A stretch of 64,000 nucleotides of DNA from Parasphingopyxis sp. (lineage in GTDB: Bacteria; Pseudomonadota; Alphaproteobacteria; Sphingomonadales; Sphingomonadaceae). The notes under the pieces were generated by a model that did not search any database, was not told the origin of the DNA, and was given only the letters and a program-made list of their open reading frames with translations. The DNA lies in contig NZ_JANQNS010000003.1 of assembly GCF_028279465.1 (NCBI RefSeq), positions 101,386 through 165,385 of the forward strand. Direction: 5' to 3'. This document shows, one piece after another, positions 41,711 through 51,110 of this stretch; the first letter of the stretch is position 1; every line of letters starts with the position of its first letter. The translations under genes were made by a program, and so were the position numbers.

Positions 41711-42568
41711 ATGAAAGCCGTTCGCAAGGCCGTTTTCCCCGTTGGCGGGCTCGGCACCCGATTTCTCCCCGCGACCAAGGCGATTCCGAAGGAAATGCTG
41801 CCCGTCGTCGACAAGCCGTTGATCCAGTACGCGGTCGAAGAGGCGCGCGAGGCAGGCATAGAAGAAATGATCTTCGTCACCGGCCGCGGCAAATCCGCGA
41901 TCGAGGATCATTTCGATATCGCGCATGAGCTCGAAACCACGATGGCGAACCGCGGCAAATCGCTCGACGCCATCGAAGGCACCCGGTTCCGCCCCGGCGA
42001 TGTCGCCTATGTCCGTCAGCAGGAGCCGATTGGTCTCGGCCATGCGATCTGGTGCGCGCGCTATATTATCGGCGACGAACCGTTCGCGATCTTCCTGCCC
42101 GACGAGCTGATGATCGGCGAACCGGGCTGCATGAAACAGATGGTGGATGCCTATCACGAAGTCGGCGGCAATGTGGTGTGCGGCTATGAAGTGCCCGACG
42201 ATCAGACGCACAATTATGGCGTGGTCGATCCCGGCGCGGAAAAGGGCGCGCTGGTCGAGGTGAAGGGCTTGGTCGAAAAGCCGCCTCAAGGTACGGCGCC
42301 GTCGAACCTTATGATCCCGGGCCGCTATATCCTGCAGCCCGAAGTGATGCGGGTGCTCGAAAATCAGGAGCGCGGTGCGGGCAACGAAATCCAGCTCACC
42401 GACGCGATGGCGCAGATGATCGGCGACCAGCCGTTCCACGCCTATCGATTCGGCGGACGGCGCTTCGACTGCGGCAGCAAATCGGGTTTCATCAACGCCA
42501 ATATCGCGCTGGCGCTGGACCATGCCGATATCGCCGACGATGTTCGGGCGTTTATCGGCGGGATTTGA
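41711..42568 (+). CDS. galU: UTP--glucose-1-phosphate uridylyltransferase
   Basis: VFPVGGLGTRFLPATKAIPKEMLPVVDKP N-terminus. Confidence 0.9.
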   Translation: MKAVRKAVFPVGGLGTRFLPATKAIPKEMLPVVDKPLIQYAVEEAREAGIEEMIFVTGRGKSAIEDHFDIAHELETTMANRGKSLDAIEGTRFRPGDVAYVRQQEPIGLGHAIWCARYIIGDEPFAIFLPDELMIGEPGCMKQMVDAYHEVGGNVVCGYEVPDDQTHNYGVVDPGAEKGALVEVKGLVEKPPQGTAPSNLMIPGRYILQPEVMRVLENQERGAGNEIQLTDAMAQMIGDQPFHAYRFGGRRFDCGSKSGFINANIALALDHADIADDVRAFIGGI

Positions 42569-42569
42569 T

Positions 42570-42700
42570 TTGTCAGACCTTCGCTTCGCTCAGGCGTCGC
42601 ACCGGCCCGCTCCCCCTCCCGACCTCCCACAGGGTACACTTACTGGGAGGCCGGGACGGGGAGCGGGCCGGTGCCGCGATTTTCCGCTAGGAAAATTCTG
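42570..42700. repeat. extragenic long palindromic repeat, copy 1
   Basis: 35-bp arms (CACCGGCCCGCTCCCCCTCCCGACCTCCCA ... TGGGAGGCCGGGA(C/G)GGGGAGCGGGCCGGTGCCGCG) around a 13-nt loop; outer GTCAGACCTTCGC flank. Confidence 0.75.
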
Positions 42701-42786
42701 AAAAACAAAACCTTCCCCAACAAACCCTCAACGCGGCGCGACAAAGCGCTTCGCCCCGCCCGATCGGCCTGCTATGGTTCGCGCCC

Positions 42787-43569
42787 ATGCAGAATTTGCC
42801 TGTCTTTATCCGCCTGCAGAACCGCCCGGTTATCCTGCTCGGCGACGGAGATGCGGCCGATGCCAAGCGCCGGATTCTCGAGCGGGCGGGTGCGGAAATC
42901 GTGGATGAAGACGAAACGGCCGCACTGGCGGTCGTCGCGCTCGACGATGGAGAAGCGGCGAAAGCGGCGGTCGAACGACTGAAGGCCCGCGGCATTCTGG
43001 TCAATGCGGTCGACCGCCCGTCACTGTGCGATTTCACTTTACCGGCCATTGTCGATCGCGATCCGGTGATCGTCGCCATCGGCACGGGAGGCGCATCGGC
43101 CGGCATGGCCAAATCGCTGCGCCAGCGGCTCGAACAGATGCTACCCGCGCGGCTCGGCGCCATCGCCCGGCGGCTGCGCGACAAACGGCCCGACATCAAG
43201 GCGAAATGGCCGGACGGCGATGCGCGGCGGCGCGCCATCGATGCGGCGCTCGACGAAGGCGGGCCGCTCGATCCGCTGGTTCCGCATGTCCCGCGCGACG
43301 TCGATAGCTGGATTGAGGGGGATGACGATGCTCCGGCCGGCAAGGACCAGTTCGAGATCGTCCAGCTGCGCTCCGCCGACCCGCATGACCTCACGATCGG
43401 CGAGACCCTGCTGCTCGGACGCGCCGATACCCTCTATCTGGCGCCCGGCGTACCCCAGACCATCTCCAATCGCGGCCGGGCTGACGCACAGCGTGTCAAT
43501 GTCAGCGATGTGCCGGACGATCCTGCGCCCGGGCTGTCCGTCTATGTCACGGTGACGCCGGTCGAGTGA
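42787..43569 (+). CDS. siroheme synthase N-terminal domain-like protein (precorrin-2 dehydrogenase/sirohydrochlorin ferrochelatase family)
   Basis: PVF-RLQNRPVILLGDGDAADAKRR resembles the CysG N-terminal NAD-binding fold. Confidence 0.55.
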   Translation: MQNLPVFIRLQNRPVILLGDGDAADAKRRILERAGAEIVDEDETAALAVVALDDGEAAKAAVERLKARGILVNAVDRPSLCDFTLPAIVDRDPVIVAIGTGGASAGMAKSLRQRLEQMLPARLGAIARRLRDKRPDIKAKWPDGDARRRAIDAALDEGGPLDPLVPHVPRDVDSWIEGDDDAPAGKDQFEIVQLRSADPHDLTIGETLLLGRADTLYLAPGVPQTISNRGRADAQRVNVSDVPDDPAPGLSVYVTVTPVE

Positions 43570-43579
43570 GCGAAGCGGT

Positions 43580-43864
43580 ATGACGGAAGAGCCAGGGCGC
43601 TGCTTCCTGTGCGAGCGACCGCTCGGCCGCCGGGTCGAATGGCACCATCCGGTTCCCAAATCCAAGGGCGGGCGCGACCGCGTGCCCGTGCATCCAATCT
43701 GTCATCGTACGATCCATCGCCATTTCACCAATGCCGAGCTGACGCGCTGCGGCGCGGATTCCGAAGCGCTGAGAACGCATCCCGAAATCGCAAAATTTGT
43801 GGACTGGCTGGCGAACAAACCGCCCGATTTTCACGCGGCGACGCGCCGGGCGCGCGGGCGCTAA
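43580..43864 (+). CDS. small HNH endonuclease
   Basis: C..C....HH..P...GG......HP.CH..IH motif. Confidence 0.65.
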   Translation: MTEEPGRCFLCERPLGRRVEWHHPVPKSKGGRDRVPVHPICHRTIHRHFTNAELTRCGADSEALRTHPEIAKFVDWLANKPPDFHAATRRARGR

Positions 43865-44434
43865 CTACGCCTCGAGCTCGACATCCCAATACAGCCAGTC
43901 CCGCCATGTCTCATGCAGATAGTTGGGCGGGAACTGCTTGCCGTGCTGCTGTAGCTGCCAGGTCGTCGGTCTATGGGGCGCTACCGTCAGGCGCATATTG
44001 GCTTGTTTGGGCGTGCGGCCGCCTTTCTTCAGATTGCATGGCGCGCAGGCGGTTGCGACATTCTGCCAGGTCGTCTTGCCGCCGAGACGCCGCGGGATGA
44101 CGTGATCGAAGGTCAGATCTTCTGTGCTGCCACAATATTGGCAGGTAAAATGATCGCGCAGGAACAGATTGAACCGGGTAAAGGCCGGATATTCGGATGG
44201 CCGCACATATTGTTTAAGCGCAATGACGCTGGGGATTTTCATCGTCAGCGAAGCGCTGTGTACCTCGCGTTCGTAGCTCTCGACGACGTTCACCCGTTCG
44301 AGGAACATCGCCTTGATCGCCGTCTGCCAAGGCCACAGGCTCAGCGGATAATAGGAAAGCGGCGTATAGTCGGCGTTCAACACAAGCGCCGGGCAGCTAT
44401 CCGGATGGCGGATAAGATCGGGATGATACATGGG
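43865..44434 (-). CDS. HNH endonuclease (McrA-like)
   Basis: CQYCGS...DHVIPRRLGG...CAPCN motif; start set at MYHPDLIRHP (ORF-track extension is probably spurious). Confidence 0.7.
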   Translation of the reverse strand, partial: PMYHPDLIRHPDSCPALVLNADYTPLSYYPLSLWPWQTAIKAMFLERVNVVESYEREVHSASLTMKIPSVIALKQYVRPSEYPAFTRFNLFLRDHFTCQYCGSTEDLTFDHVIPRRLGGKTTWQNVATACAPCNLKKGGRTPKQANMRLTVAPHRPTTWQLQQHGKQFPPNYLHETWRDWLYWDVELEA

Positions 44435-44612
44435 CCGACTTGTCTCCAGCTCTGCAAACCGCAAAGCCAGCGCCCTTCGACCTGTCGCACTCAGGACGAA
44501 AGAAACCGGCATTCCGGCTCTTCCATCTGTTGCCACGCCATTAGACAGATTAACGTGACGGCATGATGACAACACTAGCCGCGACTCGCGGTCAAGAGCC
44601 GGATGCAGGAAT

Positions 44613-45500
44613 TTGCGGATGAGCGGCGTTTTCACGACACGTTTTGCCCCCAGCCCGACCGGGCGGCTCCATCTCGGCCATGCCTATTCGGCGCTGATGG
44701 CGTTCGATGCCGCACGCGCGGAGGGCGGGAAGTTTCTGCTGCGGTTCGAAGATATCGATACCGGCCGGGTGCGCGACGAATATTATGCTGCGATCGAAGA
44801 AGACCTGCACTGGCTCGGCATCACATGGGACGAGGAGCCGATACGCCAGTCCGAGCGGTTCGATATCTATGCGAAGGCGCTGGAAGATCTGCGGGCGGGA
44901 GACGTCGTCTATCCCTGTTTCTGCACGCGCAAGGATATTGCTACCGAGATCGCTGCGAGCGCGAGCGCGCCGCATGGCCCGGATGGCCCTCTATACCCCG
45001 GTACATGCCGCCGGCTTGATGCCGGGGAGCGCGCGCACCGTCTGGCCAACGAACCGCATGCCTGGCGCATCGATATGACGCGCGCGGCTGCGCTGACCGG
45101 GCCGCTTTATTGGACCGATGCCGAGGCCGGGGAAGTCGAGGCGCAGCCCGAAATCCATGGCGATGTCGTACTGGCGCGCAAAGATGTGCCTACATCCTAT
45201 CATCTCGCTGTCACCATCGACGACGCGGCGCAGGGTATCACCGATGTGATCCGCGGGTCCGACCTGATCGCCGCGACGCATGTGCACCGGCTGCTACAAC
45301 ATCTGCTGGACCTGCCGGTGCCGCGCTATCGGCATCACGAGCTTATCGCGGACGAGACGGGCAAACGGCTCGCCAAGCGCGACGATGCTCGTTCGCTGGC
45401 GGCCTTGCGTGATGCGGGCTGGTCAGGTGAAAAGGTCGCCGAAATGTTGAAAGGCGATGGCGTTGGCCTTGCCGCCGGGCTTCAGTCGAAAAGGGGGTGA
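44613..45500 (+). CDS. gluQ: tRNA glutamyl-Q(34) synthetase
   Basis: Class I HIGH motif (PSPTGRLHLGHA); truncated GluRS-like; about 290 aa. Confidence 0.85.
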   Translation: MRMSGVFTTRFAPSPTGRLHLGHAYSALMAFDAARAEGGKFLLRFEDIDTGRVRDEYYAAIEEDLHWLGITWDEEPIRQSERFDIYAKALEDLRAGDVVYPCFCTRKDIATEIAASASAPHGPDGPLYPGTCRRLDAGERAHRLANEPHAWRIDMTRAAALTGPLYWTDAEAGEVEAQPEIHGDVVLARKDVPTSYHLAVTIDDAAQGITDVIRGSDLIAATHVHRLLQHLLDLPVPRYRHHELIADETGKRLAKRDDARSLAALRDAGWSGEKVAEMLKGDGVGLAAGLQSKRG

Positions 45501-46153
45501 TCGCGCCTCAGGAAAACCACGTCATAATAGGTAGGCCGGCGCTTGAGCTTCCCGATGATATTGAAGAATTCCAGACCTCGCTCATGCATCGCGGCGACCA
45601 GTTCGCTGAACACATATCCGCCTATAAAGCGCTTCCGTATGCTCGCTTCGCAGATAACGAAAGAAATGCGGTGTGCGTGCTCGTTCAACCCTTTGATTAT
45701 CTGCTCCTCAAAGCCTTCTGTATCGATCTTCAGGCCAATCCACCCCGTCGGCGCATATTGTTCGATGAGCGAATCCAGCGTCACGACCTCGACGTCATAT
45801 TCATCCCTGAGTACGCCCTGACTGAGTTTTGTGCGCTCGACGAAACCCGTCTTCGGTCCCATTTCGTGCAGCAGCATAGAGCCTGGTTGAGCCCCCAGCG
45901 CCTTATTGACGAAAATCGAATTTTCAGGCGGGTCAAGAGCATGGATTCGGTCGTTCTTTATCGGGTCGACAAGAACAAATTTGCTTTCAGTGAACACGGT
46001 ATAGAGCTCGGGCGTGCCTCGAAAAACGCCGATATCGAATACCGTCGCTATATCCTCAAATTTTTTGAGCATAGCGAGCCCGAACAGTTGTTGTGGGCGT
46101 GCTCCTATATTTGGGTCCGTTAGGCCGGGCTCTTGTTCCTCTGTATCACTCAT
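45482..46153 (-). CDS. FkbM family methyltransferase
   Basis: LKIDTEGFE motif; locally AT-richer sequence. Confidence 0.65.
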   Translation of the reverse strand: MSDTEEQEPGLTDPNIGARPQQLFGLAMLKKFEDIATVFDIGVFRGTPELYTVFTESKFVLVDPIKNDRIHALDPPENSIFVNKALGAQPGSMLLHEMGPKTGFVERTKLSQGVLRDEYDVEVVTLDSLIEQYAPTGWIGLKIDTEGFEEQIIKGLNEHAHRISFVICEASIRKRFIGGYVFSELVAAMHERGLEFFNIIGKLKRRPTYYDVVFLRRDHPLFD

Positions 46154-46278
46154 TGCGTAACTTCCGTGTATTCAGGCCCCCTTTTGTGCCGGCCAATGAT
46201 CGTATCGTATATAGCCCAGCATTTCTTCCAAACGCCAAGCAGGCTGGCTTTCGCGCGTATCGCCACTATATTCAAGCC

Positions 46279-46500
46279 ATGCAGATATTCCTCACCATCC
46301 TCCTGATCGCGGCCATGGCCGCGACCGTATTCTTCCTCATCCGCGGCATCGTCGCTTTCCTCAAGACGACCGAGGAAGACCTGATGGGCGAGGGGATCAA
46401 TCAGTCGGGCGTCAAGCAGAACAAGGCGATGCAGGGCCGCATCATCATGCAGGGCGTGGCGGTCGCGATCGTCGTGCTGCTGCTGTTGCTGACGCGTTGA
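46279..46500 (+). CDS. twin transmembrane helix small protein (HIG1/DUF2909-like)
   Basis: 73 aa; two terminal TM helices. Confidence 0.5.
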   Translation: MQIFLTILLIAAMAATVFFLIRGIVAFLKTTEEDLMGEGINQSGVKQNKAMQGRIIMQGVAVAIVVLLLLLTR

Positions 46501-46645
46501 TAGGAGTTTCGTTTGTCAGACCTTCGCTACGCTCAGGCGCGGCACCGGCCCGCTCCCCCTCCCGACCTCCCACAGGGTATACTTAATGGGAGGCCGGGAG
46601 GGGGAGCGGGCCGGTGCCGCGCTCGACCACAAGGTCGAGTCTGAC
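46501..46645. repeat. extragenic long palindromic repeat, copy 2
   Basis: Same core as copy 1; same orientation. Confidence 0.75.
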
Positions 46646-46650
46646 GGACA

Positions 46651-47229
46651 ATGGTCAAGCTCACCAAAATCTACACGCGCACGGGCGATGACGGCCTGAC
46701 TGGGCTCGTCGACGGTTCGCGCGTGTCAAAGGCCGATGCACGCATGGCGGCGATCGGCGATGTCGACGAGGCGAACAGCGCAATCGGCGTCGTGATGGCG
46801 CAGGGGCCGGCGGAGCCCTATCGCGCGATGCTGGCGCGCATCCAGAATGAGCTCTTCGATCTGGGTGCCGATCTGGCGACGCCCGCCGCCGAGGATGATG
46901 ATTTCGCGCCCTCGGAGATGGTGCTGCGGATCACCGCGGGTCAGGTGACGCGGCTCGAGACCGAAATCGACGACATGAACGAGGTGCTGGAGCCGCTGAC
47001 CAGCTTTATCCTGCCGGGTGGCGATGCCGTGGCTGCCGGCGTTATGCTCGCCCGGGCCGTGGTCCGCCGTGCCGAGCGCATGGCGGTTGCGGCGGCTGGC
47101 GAGAACCGGCTCAACCCGCAGGCGCTCGCCTATATCAACCGGCTATCCGATCATCTATTCGTTATGGCCCGCGCGATCAATGCGGCGGGCAGTGGCGATA
47201 TCCTGTGGGAACCCGGTGCGACGAGTTGA
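46651..47229 (+). CDS. ATP:cob(I)alamin adenosyltransferase (PduO-type)
   Basis: MVKLTKIYTRTGDDGLTGL N-terminus. Confidence 0.88.
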   Translation: MVKLTKIYTRTGDDGLTGLVDGSRVSKADARMAAIGDVDEANSAIGVVMAQGPAEPYRAMLARIQNELFDLGADLATPAAEDDDFAPSEMVLRITAGQVTRLETEIDDMNEVLEPLTSFILPGGDAVAAGVMLARAVVRRAERMAVAAAGENRLNPQALAYINRLSDHLFVMARAINAAGSGDILWEPGATS

Positions 47230-47283
47230 TTAGCCATGGCACGCCAGATACATAAGCCGCTCTTGCCATAGTCAGAAGCGCCC

Positions 47284-48738
47284 ATGCCGACCTCCGATAC
47301 CACGCTTCTGCTCGCCGATATCGCCATCGCCAGAAATGCGGTCGAAGCGCGCTATCGGATCGCCGATCTCTCCTTCAGCACCGCCATCTGGTATGACAGC
47401 GTCGATTTCGACGATCTGCGCGCGCGGTTCGGTGCGGATTTCGTCGAACGGCTCGGCTTTCACATTGCCGCCTTTGAGATGAACAAAGTTGCGAGCCTCA
47501 AGCCCGCGCGAATCGATTGGGGCAAATATGGCCATTTCGCCGATGCCGATTTCAACCGGCTCTGGGCGAGTATTTTTGAGAACGTCTGGGCGCAATGGCG
47601 CTATGAAAACCGGATCACCGACTATCGCGTGCCCGAGCTGCCCGAGCCCGCCGCTCCGACCGCCGAACCCGTAGCGCGCGACCTGCCCGACGATTGCTAT
47701 CTCGCCTTTTGCGGGGGCGGGAAGGACAGCCTGCTTACGCTGAGTCTGCTGGGTGAACTCGGCGTGTCCTATGACAGTCTCGCCTATTCGGCCTCCTTTT
47801 ACGGCACGGCGCCGAAACAACATGCGCTGATTGACCGGCTGCTCGATCATGGCGCGCCGAGGCGGCGCCATAAACAATGGGTCAGCGATCAGTTTCTCGA
47901 TGTGCCGGTCACCGAGCTTCGCCCCGATTTCGGCGTCGAACACATAACTGCGGCCGAGACGCCGAGTTCGATCTTCGCCGCGCTGCCGATCGTGCTGGCG
48001 CACGGCCATCGCTATATCTGCCTTGCGCATGAGCGCAGCGCCGATACCGGGCAGGTCGAGTGGAATGGCGAGGACATCAACCATCAATGGGGCAAATCCT
48101 TCGCCGCCGAGGCGCTGCTCAACGGCTATATCCGCGACCATCTGATTGCCGATTTCGATTATTTCAGCATCCTGAAGCCGGTCTATGACGTGACGATCTT
48201 TGCTGCGCTGACCGGCGTCGAAGATGCGGTGCCCGCCACGCATAGCTGCAACATCTCCAAGCCCTGGTGTCTCGCCTGCCCCAAATGCCTCTATGTCTGG
48301 CTCGGCTATGCGGCCTTCCTCGATCGCGAAACGATGATCGCGACCTTTGGCGATGTGAACCTGCTCGATCGCGAAGAGAATATCTTCACCTATCGTCAGC
48401 TTGTCGGGCTCGAAGACCAGCTGCCCTTCGAATGTATCGGCCAGGCGCGCGAGGCGGCTCTGTTCATGCGGCTCGCCGAGCGGCGCGGCTGGTCCGGCTG
48501 CGCGATTGAAGCCTGCCGCGACGCGCTGGACGTGCTCGATCTGGAGCAAGTGGCGAGCGACTATACGGCACTCGATTTCGACTGCCCCAATATTCCCGCA
48601 TCGATCCGCGATGGGCTCGAGAGCCTGCTCGAACGATCGGCCGCTATCGCGCGCGAGCGGATTGCCGTACTTTCCGGTAGTGAAACTCCTGCCCCTCAAA
48701 GCGGAGGCGTTTATGAGCCCGTCCATGCTCGACGATAG
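47284..48738 (+). CDS. PP-loop ATP pyrophosphatase family protein (PAPS reductase/TtuA-like), function unknown
   Basis: FCGGGKDS P-loop (SGGKDS-type); C-terminal Cys cluster C-x7-C-x2-C-x2-C; 3' end overlaps egtB start by 26 nt. Confidence 0.6.
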   Translation: MPTSDTTLLLADIAIARNAVEARYRIADLSFSTAIWYDSVDFDDLRARFGADFVERLGFHIAAFEMNKVASLKPARIDWGKYGHFADADFNRLWASIFENVWAQWRYENRITDYRVPELPEPAAPTAEPVARDLPDDCYLAFCGGGKDSLLTLSLLGELGVSYDSLAYSASFYGTAPKQHALIDRLLDHGAPRRRHKQWVSDQFLDVPVTELRPDFGVEHITAAETPSSIFAALPIVLAHGHRYICLAHERSADTGQVEWNGEDINHQWGKSFAAEALLNGYIRDHLIADFDYFSILKPVYDVTIFAALTGVEDAVPATHSCNISKPWCLACPKCLYVWLGYAAFLDRETMIATFGDVNLLDREENIFTYRQLVGLEDQLPFECIGQAREAALFMRLAERRGWSGCAIEACRDALDVLDLEQVASDYTALDFDCPNIPASIRDGLESLLERSAAIARERIAVLSGSETPAPQSGGVYEPVHARR

Positions 48739-50002
48739 CCTATCACACGGCGATGCAACGCAAGACGATCTGGCGTCTTCCTATAATTCCGTCCGGCAAC
48801 TGAGCGCAGACCTCGCCGCCCCGCTCTCCGATGCCGACGCCACGGTTCAGTCGATGACTGATGCGTCGCCCGCCAAATGGCACCTCGCGCATGAAAGCTG
48901 GTTCTTCGAAACTTTCGTGCTGCGCGATCATGTCGATAGCTATAAACTGTTCGACGCCGAATGGCCGTTCCTGTTCAACAGCTATTACGAGGCCGAGGGC
49001 GAACGGCAGTTGCGCGCGCGGCGCGGCATGATCACGCGGCCGTCGCTTGAAGAGGTCCGCGCCTATCGTGCGTATGTTGATGAAGCACTGCTCGCCGCGC
49101 TGCCCAGTCTGGACGGCGAGACGCGGGCGCTGATCGAACTGGGACTCAATCACGAACAGCAGCATCAGGAATTGCTGCTGATGGATATCCAGCATCTCTT
49201 CGCGGAAAACCCGCTGGAGCCTGCCATGTTCGCCGCGCGGCCAGCCGATCCGGTGGATGCGGCGGGCGAACTGGGCTGGATCGAGGGCCGTAGCGGCGAG
49301 GCCGAAATCGGTTGCGATGGCACCGGTTTCGCGTTCGACTGCGAGGGGCCGCGGCACAAAGTCTATCTCAACCCCCACGCATTGGCCGACCGGCCGGTCA
49401 CGAATGGGGAGTGGATCGCGTTTATCGAGGATGGTGGCTATGCGGACCCCGCGCTTTGGCTCTCCGATGGTTGGACCTGGGTGCAGGACAACCGGATCGC
49501 TGCCCCGCTCTACTGGCGCACGCGCGACGACGGGGAATGGTATCGCTTTGGCCTTGCCGGCGCGCAGCCGATCGATCCGCACGCGCCGGTCTGTCATGTC
49601 AGCTATTATGAGGCCGACGCCTTTGCCCGCTGGACGGGATATCGCTTGCCGACAGAAGCGGAATGGGAAGCCGCCGCCGCGCCGCTCGATAGCCTTGCGG
49701 GCAATCAGCTCGATGCGGCTATGGAGCCGCGGCCCGCGGCGGTCCGTCCCGCCAAGGGGCTGCGTCAGATGTTCGGCGATGTGTGGGAATGGACGGCAAG
49801 CGCCTATCAGCCGCATCCGGGTTTCCGCGCGGCCAAAGGCGCGGTCGGCGAATATAATGGCAAGTTCATGGTCGGGCAGTATGTGCTGAAAGGCGCGAGC
49901 TGCGCCACGCCACGCGGCCATAGCCGGGCCAGCTACCGTAATTTCTTCTACCCGCATATGCGCTGGCAATTTGCGGGTCTGCGTCTCGCACGGGATCTCT
50001 GA
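48713..50002 (+). CDS. egtB: ergothioneine biosynthesis protein EgtB (sulfoxide synthase)
   Basis: DinB_2-like N-terminal domain plus FGE-sulfatase C-terminal domain; GGAGG RBS. Confidence 0.88.
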   Translation: MSPSMLDDSLSHGDATQDDLASSYNSVRQLSADLAAPLSDADATVQSMTDASPAKWHLAHESWFFETFVLRDHVDSYKLFDAEWPFLFNSYYEAEGERQLRARRGMITRPSLEEVRAYRAYVDEALLAALPSLDGETRALIELGLNHEQQHQELLLMDIQHLFAENPLEPAMFAARPADPVDAAGELGWIEGRSGEAEIGCDGTGFAFDCEGPRHKVYLNPHALADRPVTNGEWIAFIEDGGYADPALWLSDGWTWVQDNRIAAPLYWRTRDDGEWYRFGLAGAQPIDPHAPVCHVSYYEADAFARWTGYRLPTEAEWEAAAAPLDSLAGNQLDAAMEPRPAAVRPAKGLRQMFGDVWEWTASAYQPHPGFRAAKGAVGEYNGKFMVGQYVLKGASCATPRGHSRASYRNFFYPHMRWQFAGLRLARDL

Positions 50003-50003
50003 C

Positions 50004-50969
50004 ATGGCCGATACCGAAACCGATGCGGGCGTCGACCCCGCCTTTCGCCGCGACGTGCTCGCCGGACTCGAGGCGCGGCCGCGGGCCATTCCGGCGCGCT
50101 GGTTTTACGATCTGCGCGGTTCGGAACTGTTCGAGGAGATCACCGATCTGCCCGAATATTATCCCACGCGCGTCGAACGTTCGATCCTGGACGGACAGTC
50201 GGCGGCGATTGGCGACGCGATCGGCGCGGGGCAGGCGGTGGTCGAATTCGGGTCTGGTTCGTCGGCGAAGACGCCGTTGTTGCTCAACGCGATTTCCCCC
50301 GCCGCCTATGTGCCGATCGATATTTCGGGAGAGTTTCTGCGCGAATCCGCGGACGCGTTGAGCGCCGATTTTCCCGATCTGCCCGTCCATCCGGTCGAGG
50401 CGGATTTCACCCACCCGGTGTCGCTGCCCGCGGCGATTGCCGATTTGCCCAAGCTCGGCTTTTTCCCTGGCTCGACGATCGGCAATTTCACCCCGCCCCA
50501 TGCTGTCGATTTCCTGCGCGCAATGAAGGAGACGCTGGGCGAAGGCGCGCTACTCCTGATCGGCATGGACCGGATCAAGGGCGAGGATGTGCTCGTCCGC
50601 GCCTATGACGATGCGGCGGGCGTAACGGCGGCGTTCAATCTCAATCTGCTTGAACGGATCAATCGGGAACTCGACGGCGATATTCCTTTGGACACATTTC
50701 GCCACAAGGCTGTGTGGAACGACATGCTCGCCCGGATCGAGATGCATATCGAGGCGGCGCGCGACGTCGAATTTTCGGTGTCCGGGCGCGATTTCGCGAT
50801 GGCCGAAGGCGAGACGATCCATACCGAGAACAGCCACAAATACGGCCCGCGCGATGCCCGCATCCTGCTGCGTGCGGGCGGCTGGACGGTGACGCATGAA
50901 TGGACGGACGACGCGGATCAGTTCGCGCTGCTACTGGCCGAAGCGCGGCCCGAGGTCACGGCGCCTTAG
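50004..50969 (+). CDS. egtD: L-histidine N-alpha-methyltransferase EgtD
   Basis: Diagnostic PEYYPTR motif. Confidence 0.9.
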   Translation: MADTETDAGVDPAFRRDVLAGLEARPRAIPARWFYDLRGSELFEEITDLPEYYPTRVERSILDGQSAAIGDAIGAGQAVVEFGSGSSAKTPLLLNAISPAAYVPIDISGEFLRESADALSADFPDLPVHPVEADFTHPVSLPAAIADLPKLGFFPGSTIGNFTPPHAVDFLRAMKETLGEGALLLIGMDRIKGEDVLVRAYDDAAGVTAAFNLNLLERINRELDGDIPLDTFRHKAVWNDMLARIEMHIEAARDVEFSVSGRDFAMAEGETIHTENSHKYGPRDARILLRAGGWTVTHEWTDDADQFALLLAEARPEVTAP

Positions 50970-51110
50970 TTCGTCAGAATTTTCCTAGCAGAAAATCGCG
51001 GCGTCAGCCCGCTCCCCCTCCCGGCCTCCCACGAGTGTACCCTGAATGGGAGGCCGGGAGGGGGAGCGGGCTGGTGCCGCGCCTGAGGCGAAGCCGAAGG
51101 TCTGACAGAT
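50960..51110. repeat. extragenic long palindromic repeat, copy 3 (inverted orientation)
   Basis: Same core as copies 1 and 2 with flanks reverse-complemented. Confidence 0.75.

Noticed and set aside
43026-43665. ORFs overlapping the siroheme-synthase-like gene on both strands (43026..43307 +, 43141..43665 -)
   Set aside because: Arg-rich alternative frames inside a gene with a recognisable Rossmann-like N-terminus. No independent evidence.
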